Virus record (IMG/VR): IMGVR_UViG_3300035210_000116
Strand: one strand, 5' to 3'
Source: an uncultured virus (IMG/VR IMGVR_UViG_3300035210_000116)
Lineage: Duplodnaviria > Heunggongvirae > Uroviricota > Caudoviricetes
Length of the DNA stretch: 64,000 nucleotides
The translations under genes were made by a program, and so were the position numbers. A model generated the notes under the pieces. That model had not been told where the DNA came from, made no database searches, and worked only from the letters and a program-made list of their open reading frames with translations. Shown in pieces: positions 32,801 to 40,272 of this stretch (the stretch's first letter is position 1; each line of letters begins with the position of its first letter).

Positions 32801-35618
32801 TGTCGATGAAATAATTCCATACATTAGGGACAATCTTGAGCGTTTACTTACACCAGGTGACGCACAAACTCTGCAGCGAGTTTCTCAAGAGCCGAACATG
32901 CAGCGGCGGCTGTCACAACTTCTAAAACCTGGAAGTAAAGCAGCACAAGCTGTCGCAGCGGACTATAAGACGGCAGCGGCATACGTTTATGTACTAACTA
33001 GCACTGGGGTCCTTGTACCTTCGCAGCAAGTACGTAGTATTCTGTCGACGTTAGGCGATCTGATAATGCAGAAGAACCGTAAGTCTCTTGAAGCCACGTC
33101 GGCCGAGAACGATGCAGTTATAGAGAGCTTTGCTAAAGCTGACCTCTATATACCTGCCACTGAGTCTCTGATTGACACAGACTCGATCGCACATAGACTT
33201 ATTCTGGATAGATCCAAGCGGTATGCAAAAGGTGCACTTGGCGCAGCACAAAAGACTACGCAAACATACAACGAACTTCTTGGTGGTTACTTAAACGTCC
33301 CGTACGGGCAAGTCCTTGCAACGGGTATTCCTTCCTTGATTAAATTTGCCAACACACTTCAACCTATGGCTTGGAACTTGGCTGGTTTCAAACCGCTTGG
33401 AGCAGGAGAAAGAGGAAAGGCGCAGTCACAAAGATGGTTTGTCGAAGCTGCTGACATAGTTGTGAAGCTAACCGAGGCGGGTAAAAAAGATCTTCTAGGT
33501 TTACTGTATCCACTAAAAGGTGGCGATACGCCTGTTGTACCTCCAAACGTTACCGCTGCCCATGAAAGAATAAAGAGACTCTTGGCAAAGATATTTGAAT
33601 ATGAGAATGATCCTGCGCTTGTTAAGTATTTAGCAGTTCCAAATCGTAAAGATTACTGGCCGATGATTCCTAAGAATGACTATATCAGAGACAACATGGA
33701 TTCTACTGTCGCTCTGTATCTCGGAGAACAATCGTTCAAAGATGGTTGGGACGATGTAAAGGTTCACTACATCGACTGGATTAACTCCAACCAAGATCCA
33801 GGGGATGAATCCAATATAACTGTGGCGGTAGCAAAAGTAAAGGCTATGACTCAACCGGAGTTCGTTAAGTTCTATCTCGAACGTGATGATGAGCACCTTC
33901 TTCCAGGGTGGAGATTGCATCAATTGAGATCAGGAGTGACTTCTACTCCAGGCTTTAGGTTCAAGAATCCACGGGAGCTTAACTTCTTACTAGGAAGTAA
34001 GGACAAGGCGACCCATGAAAGAGTGCTTGAGACCCTTGAAACTGATCCGACGGTTGTCCTGGCTAGGTATGCGCGTAATGCAACTAAGCGCGTTGAGTTT
34101 GCTCGCCTAGTATCAACATTACCTAAGCTACGAAAGAAAGATGCCACAGGTGAAATGGTGACTGACCCGTTGGGCAGTTTTGCTGGGCTGTGGCAACAAG
34201 TGGGATTAGAGGCTGAGGATTCTAAAGCTGCTGCCAAAGCTGTAGCTCTTACGATCAATTATGTTGACGCCGTCAATGGACAACTAGGTTTGAAACAGCG
34301 TGATGCTATTGATCATTGGCTGGAAGCGATGTACCCGAACAATCCTGAAGCTTGGGTGAGAGCTAACTTCCATTCGGGTGGCGGTCAGATCATGAACGAG
34401 AACTTGAACAACATCCGTTCTGGACTGCATGCTTATGTCGACATAGTTCATCTTTCGCTTAATGCACTCACCAGTCTGGTAGATCCACTTGGAGTCCTAG
34501 TAAAAATGGGAGACGGGAAGGCATTCATCAAAGTCATGAATGAGACGCGCGCCAGTTTGATAAACCAGTTTAAGGGAATGCCTCCAGGAGCAGTTGACTT
34601 GATGCTCAAGCAGGCAGGTGTTGAGAGTCACTCGTTCCAGAATGAAGACTTACAAGCCACTTATAATGGTCCAGAAACTGCTATGTGGGCCCAGAAGCTA
34701 CTTGGCCAGTGGTTCAAGATGATAGGTGTCGATGCCATAGGTAGAGGAACCTCTAAACTAGCTGGGCACGGATCAAACGAAAAGCTGATCGCTTGGGCTA
34801 AGGGCGCACAGGTAGGTGCTGCGGGTACTGCTGAAGAGCTTGCACGCCACGGTTTGACATGGGAGGATGTTCGCACGTCGACAGAAGCTGAACTTCTTGG
34901 TTACGGAGTAGAAGCAGCAGAAGCGAGAGAAAAAGCAGGGGAAGTTCTGCATCTTCTGACATTCGATGAATATTGTGCTGCTGTCGATGCTGGAGATACC
35001 AAAGAAATTGAGCGCGATCTGCGCGTCCGTGGAGCTATATTCCGCTTCGTTGAAGAAAGCCAAGTACGTCCTGGGGCTACTACGCGCTCGTTACCGATGA
35101 GTAATCCATATTTTAGCTTGCTGAGTATCTGGCGATCTTACATACTGGCTTTTGACAACCAGATTGGGAAACCTGCTTGGGCTAAGCTCGGAGAAGAAGG
35201 TAATGGATACCCACTGGCTTTCTTGATACTTGCTTACATCCCAGTGTTGTTGTTCGCCGAAGTTATACGAGAAGCAATCAAAATGGCATTTAGTGATAAC
35301 GAGGACGAGGACGGAAACAAGAGTTGGACCCCACCGTATAGATCAAACTGGACATTTGGCGACTACATTGGGTACGCGGCGGGTAAAGCAGGACTTTATG
35401 GCCCTTCAGAAATCCCGATAGACGCTATTAAAGCGACCGTCAACAGTGGAATGAGCAAAGGTATTGCGTCGGCTGGTGGAGTGCTAACAAGTGATATTTG
35501 GAAGTACGATCGGTATGGCAAACTGCCTCTGCCTTTGCAGGATGCAACCTCCAACTGGAGCACAGCGAAAAGTAAGAAAGACAGCGACGTTGAATCATCT
35601 AGTATCAGAGCAGGCTAA
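23850..35618 (+). CDS. Giant polyvalent virion protein with putative double-psi beta-barrel RNA polymerase domain and zincin-like motif
   Basis: GDIVILHRDP (R1474)...AGDFDGDSGV (D1521-D1525); VDKGIL upstream; LAHELGH (H2814) with downstream HEWCAD. Confidence 0.75.
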   Translation: MSNQVQYENPFSDDQELAERYAKGRASTEKDSAFLGALRGGVSSLKGTSVSALSAGAHAIGLDSVGSKLDRSAAKTMAQSQGESFLTPSLQDVNNAQSLGRWVAGNIASNIPLFGSLALGGAAGGVLGAATHGKRGLAKAIDKANTKELEKILEKDYGASASTARAAENLIKPADEKDFLKNAVSAGLSRVTLRSRIGSDIGSILPYAVQTSGENEQAYQNDPNSTATEKEKARMALKLGLAESIVGSYVSPMAVLQRFTKAEKAIDKAAKYSGLSKTEKSKMLAKAAAKEWLHAGVNESATELFEDSISQWGGRQLNPDLDYNVAQGIESGLAGGVVGGAMASPAALSAMHRARKTALDEEEQAFENSPEGTQQKIDALDTEVPESEKDFTFHLVRSDLLQTKAVRLLHTTTANPADIIQTFKDLKDAQAVAPTNINDKDKWIHNIARLEKASQDLLAAHPVELASFAHYAATPTTQPGSKPRGTPEEELHINGQVDKDLFVSLFLAQGNQELVDLAQGKDNLDVSTALQGNDEVEIDTATRGLALKLHRMYETMLHNPVDQELSTKLLTARNELFEKTGVVAIPFSPVEKKEQIAIFTAIKDTSKDPNIRVDAIERIVALSLNVPDHISDSLKLEERTRVLHPDVLPNSFFDTNHTESDSARHNRIDSAYNMAEAALEKNPDNPLLAAQVERLNSTLAQLEISEGKIRPSSSEEVLRTEKVELESKGKENLTPREQTRLLRINGALMQRARLTARGSTVSDEEAEEQRKSETVKKVEIQAKPQGLPSNHVLSSFPDKADDNAEFGYVGVDRSGYAIIKGKSGLRQYSIVRIPPTINELIGQPADSANPAIPPKPIYFGGTALEYGEAAEMIVKAHTEGKPLDYKAFYREAERQYHESRPLIPLDGHTPTPLMVRSDYEGNLIHIPSESDRISRRAPFVAIIPADPTGKIVIKHTRSGVLVEIPVNLEDLLIMKKKKADNSFTMANVREELPNVAKYNDKPISAESIGAALAEANKNRTEAMALAEAAGEEFDPNTPGTFVTAEEIFTLARHSFEFRGEWREVGTVVVKSGEGGAVFAEEATVDSDYYRANPILAEYNAIPVKITSEPGPEHMRLGVAEAVKYFYNLSERKVLLGTMDNKLFFVTPEKRQEFLDDYKLRDTLEGNINFLERIGTILKKESGDRKMHKVDHIKHLLNQDDGKGGLKHESDGTVGIIENAELTQGVMRRWVTDTSAPNRRGYWKVDKGILRSPLQFRDWKRAINTETGMVDLKALAASETLTEEQQALNAALQFGKKQTKTTDNGDAAEIEWYRMFPPASQRGGSVNYQQIMFSDNDRAIAYAKQDRARLSGISNAIDEIYADNPEVIRKIALGMSPADLISQEGPLKLLTQFKADTSRAYVFASEELLDALIPLDKKALTKIKGEFAIRYQRKYEGSRSECLLLPETYNEMNKIWRKRNNDRNLQEGDIVILHRDPALPDASSMAPFIFRGIATLQNDFGSHNRGIVVHSNATGWAEAAGDFDGDSGVLTYPDPNLIPAKQRQDTNAPGISFMKYGADKEEPYTKFIPVGAIIAFTKPGDTAVTRIEINADKSNLIIPDGVKMTNVTIQAPIMQRSIEDETGGVAEPEIMGHEKEIDLVGHIATIRATGFSQMIGNIMSLAQKAAEIGLLDKLVYIEKMDRHGNPVVNKATGLTEETHVTFAILAAKLGQASISAKKKAAFAEQAMKAYKKLTEFIDDNSPVERDPQTGQVLMRTIKHGPDKGKQVPIKGSYFIKLFRDISDAPIRSSESAKLLKALAVKNDALFFKQKGYTPQVFVKDGASPKGYWGKPVTKDECLEVAFMAALRVLRNYRNDRFRTLEDILRSTDKSPEVTSLQLQARALTIELRKTIDPVIAKELKTPFAVLQHTIKYYGGGIEAIIDPAGAIGSTWYALKPELKNSPNYFDNTPSMHIELAWRTIVLKKIFTAIDLFSSGGFNEALSAAAVKLSEESGKNNPTVHEYLRRTNEYYRYLSNKRQDLDTIDDRQEIESYLNERSILNSQLKYYYNLNVLTGSQLIAYGPQAMAARLITIPELEKIASLAKNAGTFRMSVTVADKAGNKLLTSDIIPGIYKAADDGSFTLVRNLDNTAEPGSIKLQRYREPGTKNKIAYDAVDPLPQMREMSDIRLGAKDEVIIIPLDPTTGATRQVQVNTLSATNETVVKAQAEAKAQAGDMEIAFSTWPAMPASDVNTRPGEPHLSDAQRLSQAITDPAVASGAKPFPLAPRVYEDNLGKWYATFVERKSRNEPDYRKILINKVYHYFRVERVEQAPRRGADIKQPWVTYLGTDYNTALNTAYAGGSLPTVTRANFDREKKLKQQEIANMPLRKAISDYVASISTKAENAPTVAEYNTLLGLLDPSTFTRGGEFKALYDRIVEFLPRVIVSRETGRVLSRESDKEKAKKKRQELYPDLLNPAQELAAVKFFVAEAARLAATIEPVKSADPSLVRNQIKLTLPAIYDDLSSDRYSYNEARVARDMERSSRATTFIGSHDGTAWAAHYASLWGNKVNTGQYTKDDIVFVVVNSPRLDGTHFNDDTAEAHHIKKCIEEAAKAGAKFLFPNIKLLLAVSEDRAKARVTGKPATKLEYAGEYDAATFLNKLGLGYAIPTEKSADPTLWEKAETGVKASSLFSANADAAINLDPDPHATNSLAHVELRTMNSAQTTAELQNATDSLGFLVGHAGKTPKLINAELMYDALIRTGIQKNIDLAGQILEYARTQGRKTWADEKGVVHTRKGRFGTGTRGVMLPQSDGTVFIYVAGGKHDTKAAQLGILAHELGHWLIDAEWAHLNDIGGNKVLAAKIRAAALAHMSKKNIPVSEAAFHEWCADNIASWITTNPVVRSGMDTWFKRVADNLKRMWSKIRELFAGVEGRQTDGTNTFPKADANVEEWMNSLLKLKDPQEVVLAYGPDNPSGSASTISIVDRIAQRKVRLKRWADTGNMDIQAVDEIIPYIRDNLERLLTPGDAQTLQRVSQEPNMQRRLSQLLKPGSKAAQAVAADYKTAAAYVYVLTSTGVLVPSQQVRSILSTLGDLIMQKNRKSLEATSAENDAVIESFAKADLYIPATESLIDTDSIAHRLILDRSKRYAKGALGAAQKTTQTYNELLGGYLNVPYGQVLATGIPSLIKFANTLQPMAWNLAGFKPLGAGERGKAQSQRWFVEAADIVVKLTEAGKKDLLGLLYPLKGGDTPVVPPNVTAAHERIKRLLAKIFEYENDPALVKYLAVPNRKDYWPMIPKNDYIRDNMDSTVALYLGEQSFKDGWDDVKVHYIDWINSNQDPGDESNITVAVAKVKAMTQPEFVKFYLERDDEHLLPGWRLHQLRSGVTSTPGFRFKNPRELNFLLGSKDKATHERVLETLETDPTVVLARYARNATKRVEFARLVSTLPKLRKKDATGEMVTDPLGSFAGLWQQVGLEAEDSKAAAKAVALTINYVDAVNGQLGLKQRDAIDHWLEAMYPNNPEAWVRANFHSGGGQIMNENLNNIRSGLHAYVDIVHLSLNALTSLVDPLGVLVKMGDGKAFIKVMNETRASLINQFKGMPPGAVDLMLKQAGVESHSFQNEDLQATYNGPETAMWAQKLLGQWFKMIGVDAIGRGTSKLAGHGSNEKLIAWAKGAQVGAAGTAEELARHGLTWEDVRTSTEAELLGYGVEAAEAREKAGEVLHLLTFDEYCAAVDAGDTKEIERDLRVRGAIFRFVEESQVRPGATTRSLPMSNPYFSLLSIWRSYILAFDNQIGKPAWAKLGEEGNGYPLAFLILAYIPVLLFAEVIREAIKMAFSDNEDEDGNKSWTPPYRSNWTFGDYIGYAAGKAGLYGPSEIPIDAIKATVNSGMSKGIASAGGVLTSDIWKYDRYGKLPLPLQDATSNWSTAKSKKDSDVESSSIRAG

Positions 35619-35619
35619 T

Positions 35620-35724
35620 ATGAGTGGGACTAAAGCGTGTAATAGGTGCGGTATTGAAAAGCCATTAGCAGAGTTCACTCGCAGTAAAAGCAATAAAGGC
35701 AGCAAAATCAACGCCGTCACTTAG
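35620..35724 (+). pseudogene. Truncated remnant resembling the N-terminal zinc finger of a homing endonuclease
   Basis: MSGTKACNRCGIEKPLAEF, then a stop after 34 aa. Confidence 0.55.
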
Positions 35725-35736
35725 AGGATAAATAAC

Positions 35737-36834
35737 ATGGTAGACTACGACACCTACAGAGATCCACTACGTGATCTTTCGGAAGAACAACTATATGCGT
35801 ATGCCATGCGTATGAAACATCTTGGCTTCAGGTCGGGGGCTCTAGACCAACTAGATGCAGACGAGCTTTCCAGGTACGGCTTCAACCCTAGCAAGCTGCA
35901 CGTTGCCCCTGGAGTTCAGGATAAATATGGCGTATACGGTTTAGCGATACCACCAAAAAAGGAATTGGATGGTATTAATATGCACGACTATGTCAATGGT
36001 AGCTATAAAGGTCTTGATTCAAACATAGCGGAAAACGAGCATCTCGTCGGTGGTGACACCATACTTCTTACTAAACCCGGAGAGTCACTTGATAACTACG
36101 GTGGTACTATGCGCCACGAGGCAGATCATCAGGCTATGTATAACACTGGACTGAAGGATAATTCTCCTACAGGGTACGATGACGAAGAGGCTCTAGTACG
36201 ATACATAGATCAACGTGTCCACGGTGATAACCAACCAGGAGATGCAACGGCTTGGTACGCAGCACGGTATCCCGACATCAGAGCACGAAAAGCTAAGATG
36301 GAAGAAGCCGCCAGAGCATATGCTAGGTTTGATGATGAGCGGAAAGCACGCGAAGCACAAAACTACCAGAGAAATGAACAAGCACAGCAGACTCTACAAA
36401 CACCAGTAGAGCGCATGCAGTTCCTAATGGGTTCTGACGATCCGCAACCAAGACGGCAGATGGCTAAAGTGTACAACCAATATTACCCACCTCTTCAGTC
36501 TCCAGGTAGAGCACCTGTAGAAGAGGTAGCGCAAGCTGCATATAAACCTCCTCATGATATCTATCCCACAGATGATAAAGAACTATATCGTCCAACCGGA
36601 GATCGAGCTGTACCAAATGGTCCAAAGTATGCAAACGCCGGAGCCATACCTAGTGGTTACGCTGGAGGCGGGTGGGAGAACACTTTCAAAGAGAGTGATC
36701 CAGCTCCAAGAGTGGCTAGTAGGGGGTACGAGGAAGCCAACAAGACTTGGGCGGCTGATCCTACCATGCGGGGTAGAGCCGAAGGCGGCAAAACCTTCTA
36801 CTCGTACAAAAGTCCTTTAGGATCAACGGTGTAA
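35737..36834 (+). CDS. Hypothetical protein with HExxH motif; YxxPL motif at both ends
   Basis: GAGGA RBS; MRHEADH...DDEEALVR; YRDPL near the N-terminus, YKSPLG at the C-terminus. Confidence 0.65.
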   Translation: MVDYDTYRDPLRDLSEEQLYAYAMRMKHLGFRSGALDQLDADELSRYGFNPSKLHVAPGVQDKYGVYGLAIPPKKELDGINMHDYVNGSYKGLDSNIAENEHLVGGDTILLTKPGESLDNYGGTMRHEADHQAMYNTGLKDNSPTGYDDEEALVRYIDQRVHGDNQPGDATAWYAARYPDIRARKAKMEEAARAYARFDDERKAREAQNYQRNEQAQQTLQTPVERMQFLMGSDDPQPRRQMAKVYNQYYPPLQSPGRAPVEEVAQAAYKPPHDIYPTDDKELYRPTGDRAVPNGPKYANAGAIPSGYAGGGWENTFKESDPAPRVASRGYEEANKTWAADPTMRGRAEGGKTFYSYKSPLGSTV

Positions 36835-37000
36835 GCGTGTAAGCAAGATGTAATCTTGGAAAGTGTCGTAAGTCATTGATTTGCGCGCTCTTAGTAGAGA
36901 AAAGAAGTTGTAAGTAGTTTTCTAACAAAAGTTAAAGTTTTTTTTCTAAAAAACAATAACAAGCTACGGTTCTAGTTTAGTTGGTTTTTACATTACAAAT
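36829..37000. repeat. Non-coding ~175-bp element, copy 1 (TGTAA iterons, IHF consensus, A/T tracts, TTACA end)
   Basis: Aligns with 43636-43805; TAAGTCATTGATT at 36869-81. Confidence 0.9.
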
Positions 37001-37003
37001 CTC

Positions 37004-37012
37004 TGGTATAAT
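37004..37012 (+). promoter_or_regulatory. Extended -10 promoter element
   Basis: TGGTATAAT upstream of 37077. Confidence 0.6.
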
Positions 37013-37076
37013 ATCTTCTAAAATCAAGGCCGCAATAGTCGGCGACAACAGCCAAGCTGGCTAAAAAGAGGCAAAA

Positions 37077-37685
37077 ATGGCAATCGTGGTTAATGAAACA
37101 ACAAAGAAATTACGCGCACTTGGCGGCCACTGGGCAGGAGCAAAGACTGAGTTCCTCGCCGGTGGCAAAGTTCACGTTACTGGTCTCACACATCCTGACT
37201 ATGCGGAAAAGGGCCTGCACACTACCGCTGACAAGCTCAAAGCTAGGTTAGCTAAGGACGCGCCGGCTAAAAAGAAGGCCCCATCTAAGTCCGGGAATGC
37301 TATTGATCAGTATACCGAATACGCTAACACACGTAAGGGCGAGGCTTATGAACCGCCGAAAGAAGGAACAAGAACCTCCAGGAAAACCGACCGCGCGCAA
37401 TACGCAGAATACGCTGCATTGAGACAGGGAGAAAAATTCAAGCCGCCTGCTACAGGCGACGTGCACGTACGTACGAAGCCACAAGAGCGCCCTGGGCCTC
37501 ACCACGAAGGAGCCGAAGATGAGTATGACCGCGCGATGAAGGGAGAGCTCTCGGCTACGAAGCCCATTAGAGAAGCGAAGACGCCGCCAACAGTCGCAGA
37601 GGCGAATGCCCAAGCAAAAGCCAAGCCATCTCAACCAGGCGAGGTTAAAAAACCCCGGGCAAGAAAACCTAAGGCCGCTAGCTAA
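37077..37685 (+). CDS. Basic Lys/Ala/Pro-rich protein
   Basis: GAGG RBS; histone-like tail KKPRARKPKAAS; internal duplication QYTEYANTRKGE/QYAEYAALRQGE. Confidence 0.65.
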   Translation: MAIVVNETTKKLRALGGHWAGAKTEFLAGGKVHVTGLTHPDYAEKGLHTTADKLKARLAKDAPAKKKAPSKSGNAIDQYTEYANTRKGEAYEPPKEGTRTSRKTDRAQYAEYAALRQGEKFKPPATGDVHVRTKPQERPGPHHEGAEDEYDRAMKGELSATKPIREAKTPPTVAEANAQAKAKPSQPGEVKKPRARKPKAAS

Positions 37686-37699
37686 ACTGGAATTAAGTA

Positions 37700-38449
37700 A
37701 TGAGCGATACTTACTTAGAGCGGTACCAAAACCCACTTGGAACTCAACCAGCGGGTAGACAGCCTATAAGATTAGACCCCACTGTTCAGCACAATGATAG
37801 TTACAGTGGTCCTAATACTCAAAGTATTATGTATACCCAACACCCACAGCCTGTTCAGTACAAAACTCTGATAAACGGAGAAGCTAGGGGTTTTAACTAC
37901 GACATTCCTGAAATTGATAGACCAAGAGAAACCAGGCCGAATGCTTTTCAGCGCATAGGAGACAAACTGCGAGCTAACCCAGGATTAACCTCTCTTGGAG
38001 CAATGAAGGCAACAGGTATAACTCCTGAGGGGTATAATGCTATGATGGCTGCGAGGCGCTACAAAGCTTCTCAATACCCTGCCGAGGGCTTGCTGGAGCA
38101 TGCGGCTGACTTCATAGGTAATCTAGGAGGAGACACATCTGATCCAATCGGCTGGTATTCAGCCGGAAAAACGATGACTCCTGGAGGTGCTGGAGGTGCT
38201 GGAGCAGCATACTCTTCGGTTAAATCGGCTCTATCTGATACCCTGGAAGGGAAGTCACCTAACTTCGCCAGGGCCGCGCTAGCGGGAGTTGCCGGATATA
38301 GCGGGGCCAGAATTGGCGACAAGAGCCTTAATAGAGCCCTGGGCCGAAGCTCAGGCAGTATAGGAGAGATAGCAGGAAGATCAATGGCCGGGAACTGGCT
38401 TGAGAGTGTGCTGGGTGATGCTTCAGCAAGCGTTATACCAAGGCAATAA
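37700..38449 (+). CDS. Gly/Ala-rich protein with N-terminal YQNPLG
   Basis: ORF in operon; shared motif. Confidence 0.65.
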   Translation: MSDTYLERYQNPLGTQPAGRQPIRLDPTVQHNDSYSGPNTQSIMYTQHPQPVQYKTLINGEARGFNYDIPEIDRPRETRPNAFQRIGDKLRANPGLTSLGAMKATGITPEGYNAMMAARRYKASQYPAEGLLEHAADFIGNLGGDTSDPIGWYSAGKTMTPGGAGGAGAAYSSVKSALSDTLEGKSPNFARAALAGVAGYSGARIGDKSLNRALGRSSGSIGEIAGRSMAGNWLESVLGDASASVIPRQ

Positions 38450-38493
38450 ATAACGAGGCTTAGCCTCACAACACCAACCAAGAGGATAAGACC

Positions 38494-38562
38494 GTGGCAT
38501 GTGGAAAACCGATGAAGAAGAAAGCGCCGGCTAAACCCGGCAAAAAGCCCCCCGTTTATTAA
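38494..38562 (+). CDS. 22-aa basic peptide MACGKPMKKKAPAKPGKKPPVY
   Basis: AGAGGA RBS then GTG start; below the ORF-track cutoff. Confidence 0.5.
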   Translation: MACGKPMKKKAPAKPGKKPPVY

Positions 38563-38579
38563 TAGAGGAGATAAGTAAA

Positions 38580-38717
38580 ATGGCAAGTTCAGGCAGAAGC
38601 TCGGGTGCTCCGAAGGCACCAGTAAAAAATACCCAAGGTAAGAGCAAGCCGCCAATTAAGGGTGGCGGAAAGACAAATCCCTTTGGGAAGTCACCTACCA
38701 AACGGCCGGGCGATTGA
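38580..38717 (+). CDS. 45-aa basic K/G/P/S-rich peptide
   Basis: GAGGAG RBS, ATG; MASSGRSSGAPKAPVK...TNPFGKSPTKRPGD. Confidence 0.6.
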   Translation: MASSGRSSGAPKAPVKNTQGKSKPPIKGGGKTNPFGKSPTKRPGD

Positions 38718-38723
38718 AGGCAT

Positions 38724-38745
38724 AAGGCGCTATTCGTAGCGCCTT
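38724..38745. other. Perfect 9-bp hairpin with TTCG loop (processing or stability element)
   Basis: AAGGCGCTA-TTCG-TAGCGCCTT, intergenic, no U-tract. Confidence 0.55.
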
Positions 38746-38763
38746 GAACCTAGGACATAGAAT

Positions 38764-39219
38764 ATGAGTAAGAAACCTGTGTATACTGACGAAGAGGTAG
38801 ATGCCGCTGTAAAAGCAGGCTTCTTATCAAAGCAGGATGCTGCGTACCTTAAACAAGGGCTAGATACTCGTGGTAAGGCCATCGTCGATCCTTATGGTAA
38901 AGTCATGCAGGTAGATCGAGATGCAGCATTACAAATACTAGCATCTCCAGATATAGCAACGAAAGATAAAAAGAAAGCCTATGAAAGTCTTATTGCCTTT
39001 GATAAGGCAAATCCTCCATCCAAGAAGAAGTATGGACAAGGACATCCATGGGGTGGTATTGCAGGAGGGACTGTAGGTGGGTTAGCTGGAGCAGCGATCG
39101 GAAGCAGTCCGCTGGTAAAAGCAGCACTTGGAACAGGTGGAGCAATTGGTGGCGCCGCTCTTGGCTCAATGATCGCACCACGTAGACCAAGTCCCTACGA
39201 AGATCCACTAGGCGCCTAG
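38764..39219 (+). CDS. Glycine-zipper protein, C-terminal YEDPLGA
   Basis: PWGGIAGGTVGGLAGAAIG GxxxG repeats. Confidence 0.75.
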   Translation: MSKKPVYTDEEVDAAVKAGFLSKQDAAYLKQGLDTRGKAIVDPYGKVMQVDRDAALQILASPDIATKDKKKAYESLIAFDKANPPSKKKYGQGHPWGGIAGGTVGGLAGAAIGSSPLVKAALGTGGAIGGAALGSMIAPRRPSPYEDPLGA

Positions 39220-39222
39220 ATC

Positions 39223-39534
39223 ATGGACCAAGAAGAAGAAAATAAGATCTTCACCACCCCAACTGCTCTCGGGTCTATATTCTTGGGCGCTGGTGCTGGT
39301 ACAGCTGTAGGCGCTGGTATGCGTAGGCTATACAGAGGTAAAGGAACCGTAGCGTTCCAAAATATGGCAAAGCTTAAACCTATTGGAACGCTTATGTCAG
39401 CCGAGTCTTGGCAGGACTATTTAAACAATATAGTCGGTGGAACCGTAGGTTTAGGAGCAGGGTACGGCTATAATAAGCTGCAAGAGAAGGAAAGAAAGAG
39501 ACTTCGCGCTTACAAAGACCCATTAGGAGCTTAG
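39223..39534 (+). CDS. Glycine-zipper protein, C-terminal YKDPLGA
   Basis: Two GxxxG hydrophobic segments. Confidence 0.75.
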   Translation: MDQEEENKIFTTPTALGSIFLGAGAGTAVGAGMRRLYRGKGTVAFQNMAKLKPIGTLMSAESWQDYLNNIVGGTVGLGAGYGYNKLQEKERKRLRAYKDPLGA

Positions 39535-39537
39535 AAC

Positions 39538-39963
39538 ATGGGAATTTGGACAAACCACAAGCAAGGTGATCTATTAAACGAAGCGCAAGGTGAAGCCTTG
39601 ACAGCTGCTCGTGACAAAGAAAGAGCGATAAATGGTGGAAGGCCAGATAAGGCTCTTATAGAAGAACTGAAGAAGAAAGAAACCAAGAAGAAGGCTAAGG
39701 ACGTTGCACCAACAAAGCCCAAGGAAAAAGTGGGGCCAAGACCGAAGGCAGAAGTTAAGGCGGAAACCAAGAGGGAACCACCTCCAGTACAAGGTGTGTC
39801 GAAAAAGAGTAACACGGCGCTGCTCAACTTCATGGGTGAACCAAGAAAGATACCTAAACCTCAGTGGAAAAGGAAAGCTTGGCTGGCGGGTGGTGGTACG
39901 CTAGCAGCAGGGATAGGATATAAAACATACGAGCACTATAAAGACCCACTGGAGAAAGATTAA
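39538..39963 (+). CDS. Lys-rich protein with Gly-rich segment, C-terminal YKDPLEKD
   Basis: AGGAG RBS; shared motif. Confidence 0.7.
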   Translation: MGIWTNHKQGDLLNEAQGEALTAARDKERAINGGRPDKALIEELKKKETKKKAKDVAPTKPKEKVGPRPKAEVKAETKREPPPVQGVSKKSNTALLNFMGEPRKIPKPQWKRKAWLAGGGTLAAGIGYKTYEHYKDPLEKD

Positions 39964-40190
39964 TGGCTAAGCTAACGAAAGACCAGCGCGATGCATTAAA
40001 AGACGATGATTTCGTCTTTAAAAAAGAACGTAGATACCCGTACAATGACCCGTCTCACGCCGTTGCGGCCCTTGCAAGAAGTTCTCAGCATGGTACGCCG
40101 GAAGAAAAAAAACAGGTTAAGAGTGCAGTATGCACTCGCTACCCAGGGCTTAACGCCTGTAAAACTGACTCTTACAAGAGCCCGCTATAA
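39963..40190 (+). CDS. Small DUF6582-like protein, C-terminal YKSPL
   Basis: LTKDQRDALKDDDF...ERRYPYNDPSHAVAALAR pattern recalled for this family. Confidence 0.65.
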   Translation: MAKLTKDQRDALKDDDFVFKKERRYPYNDPSHAVAALARSSQHGTPEEKKQVKSAVCTRYPGLNACKTDSYKSPL

Positions 40191-40272
40191 TGGACTACAC
40201 TAATCTATTCAAACTCGCTCTGGTCAGAGTATAATCTGCGCAAGGGCTCCAAAACACCAGAGGACATATAAA

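Noticed and set aside
24089..35421. Many short antisense or alternate-frame ORFs within large genes
   Set aside because: Shadow ORFs with no recognisable motifs
23850..35618. N4-type virion RNAP or DarB-like methylase/helicase, suggested by size
   Set aside because: No T7-like polymerase, methyltransferase or helicase motifs recognised; the DFDGD context fits a two-barrel enzyme
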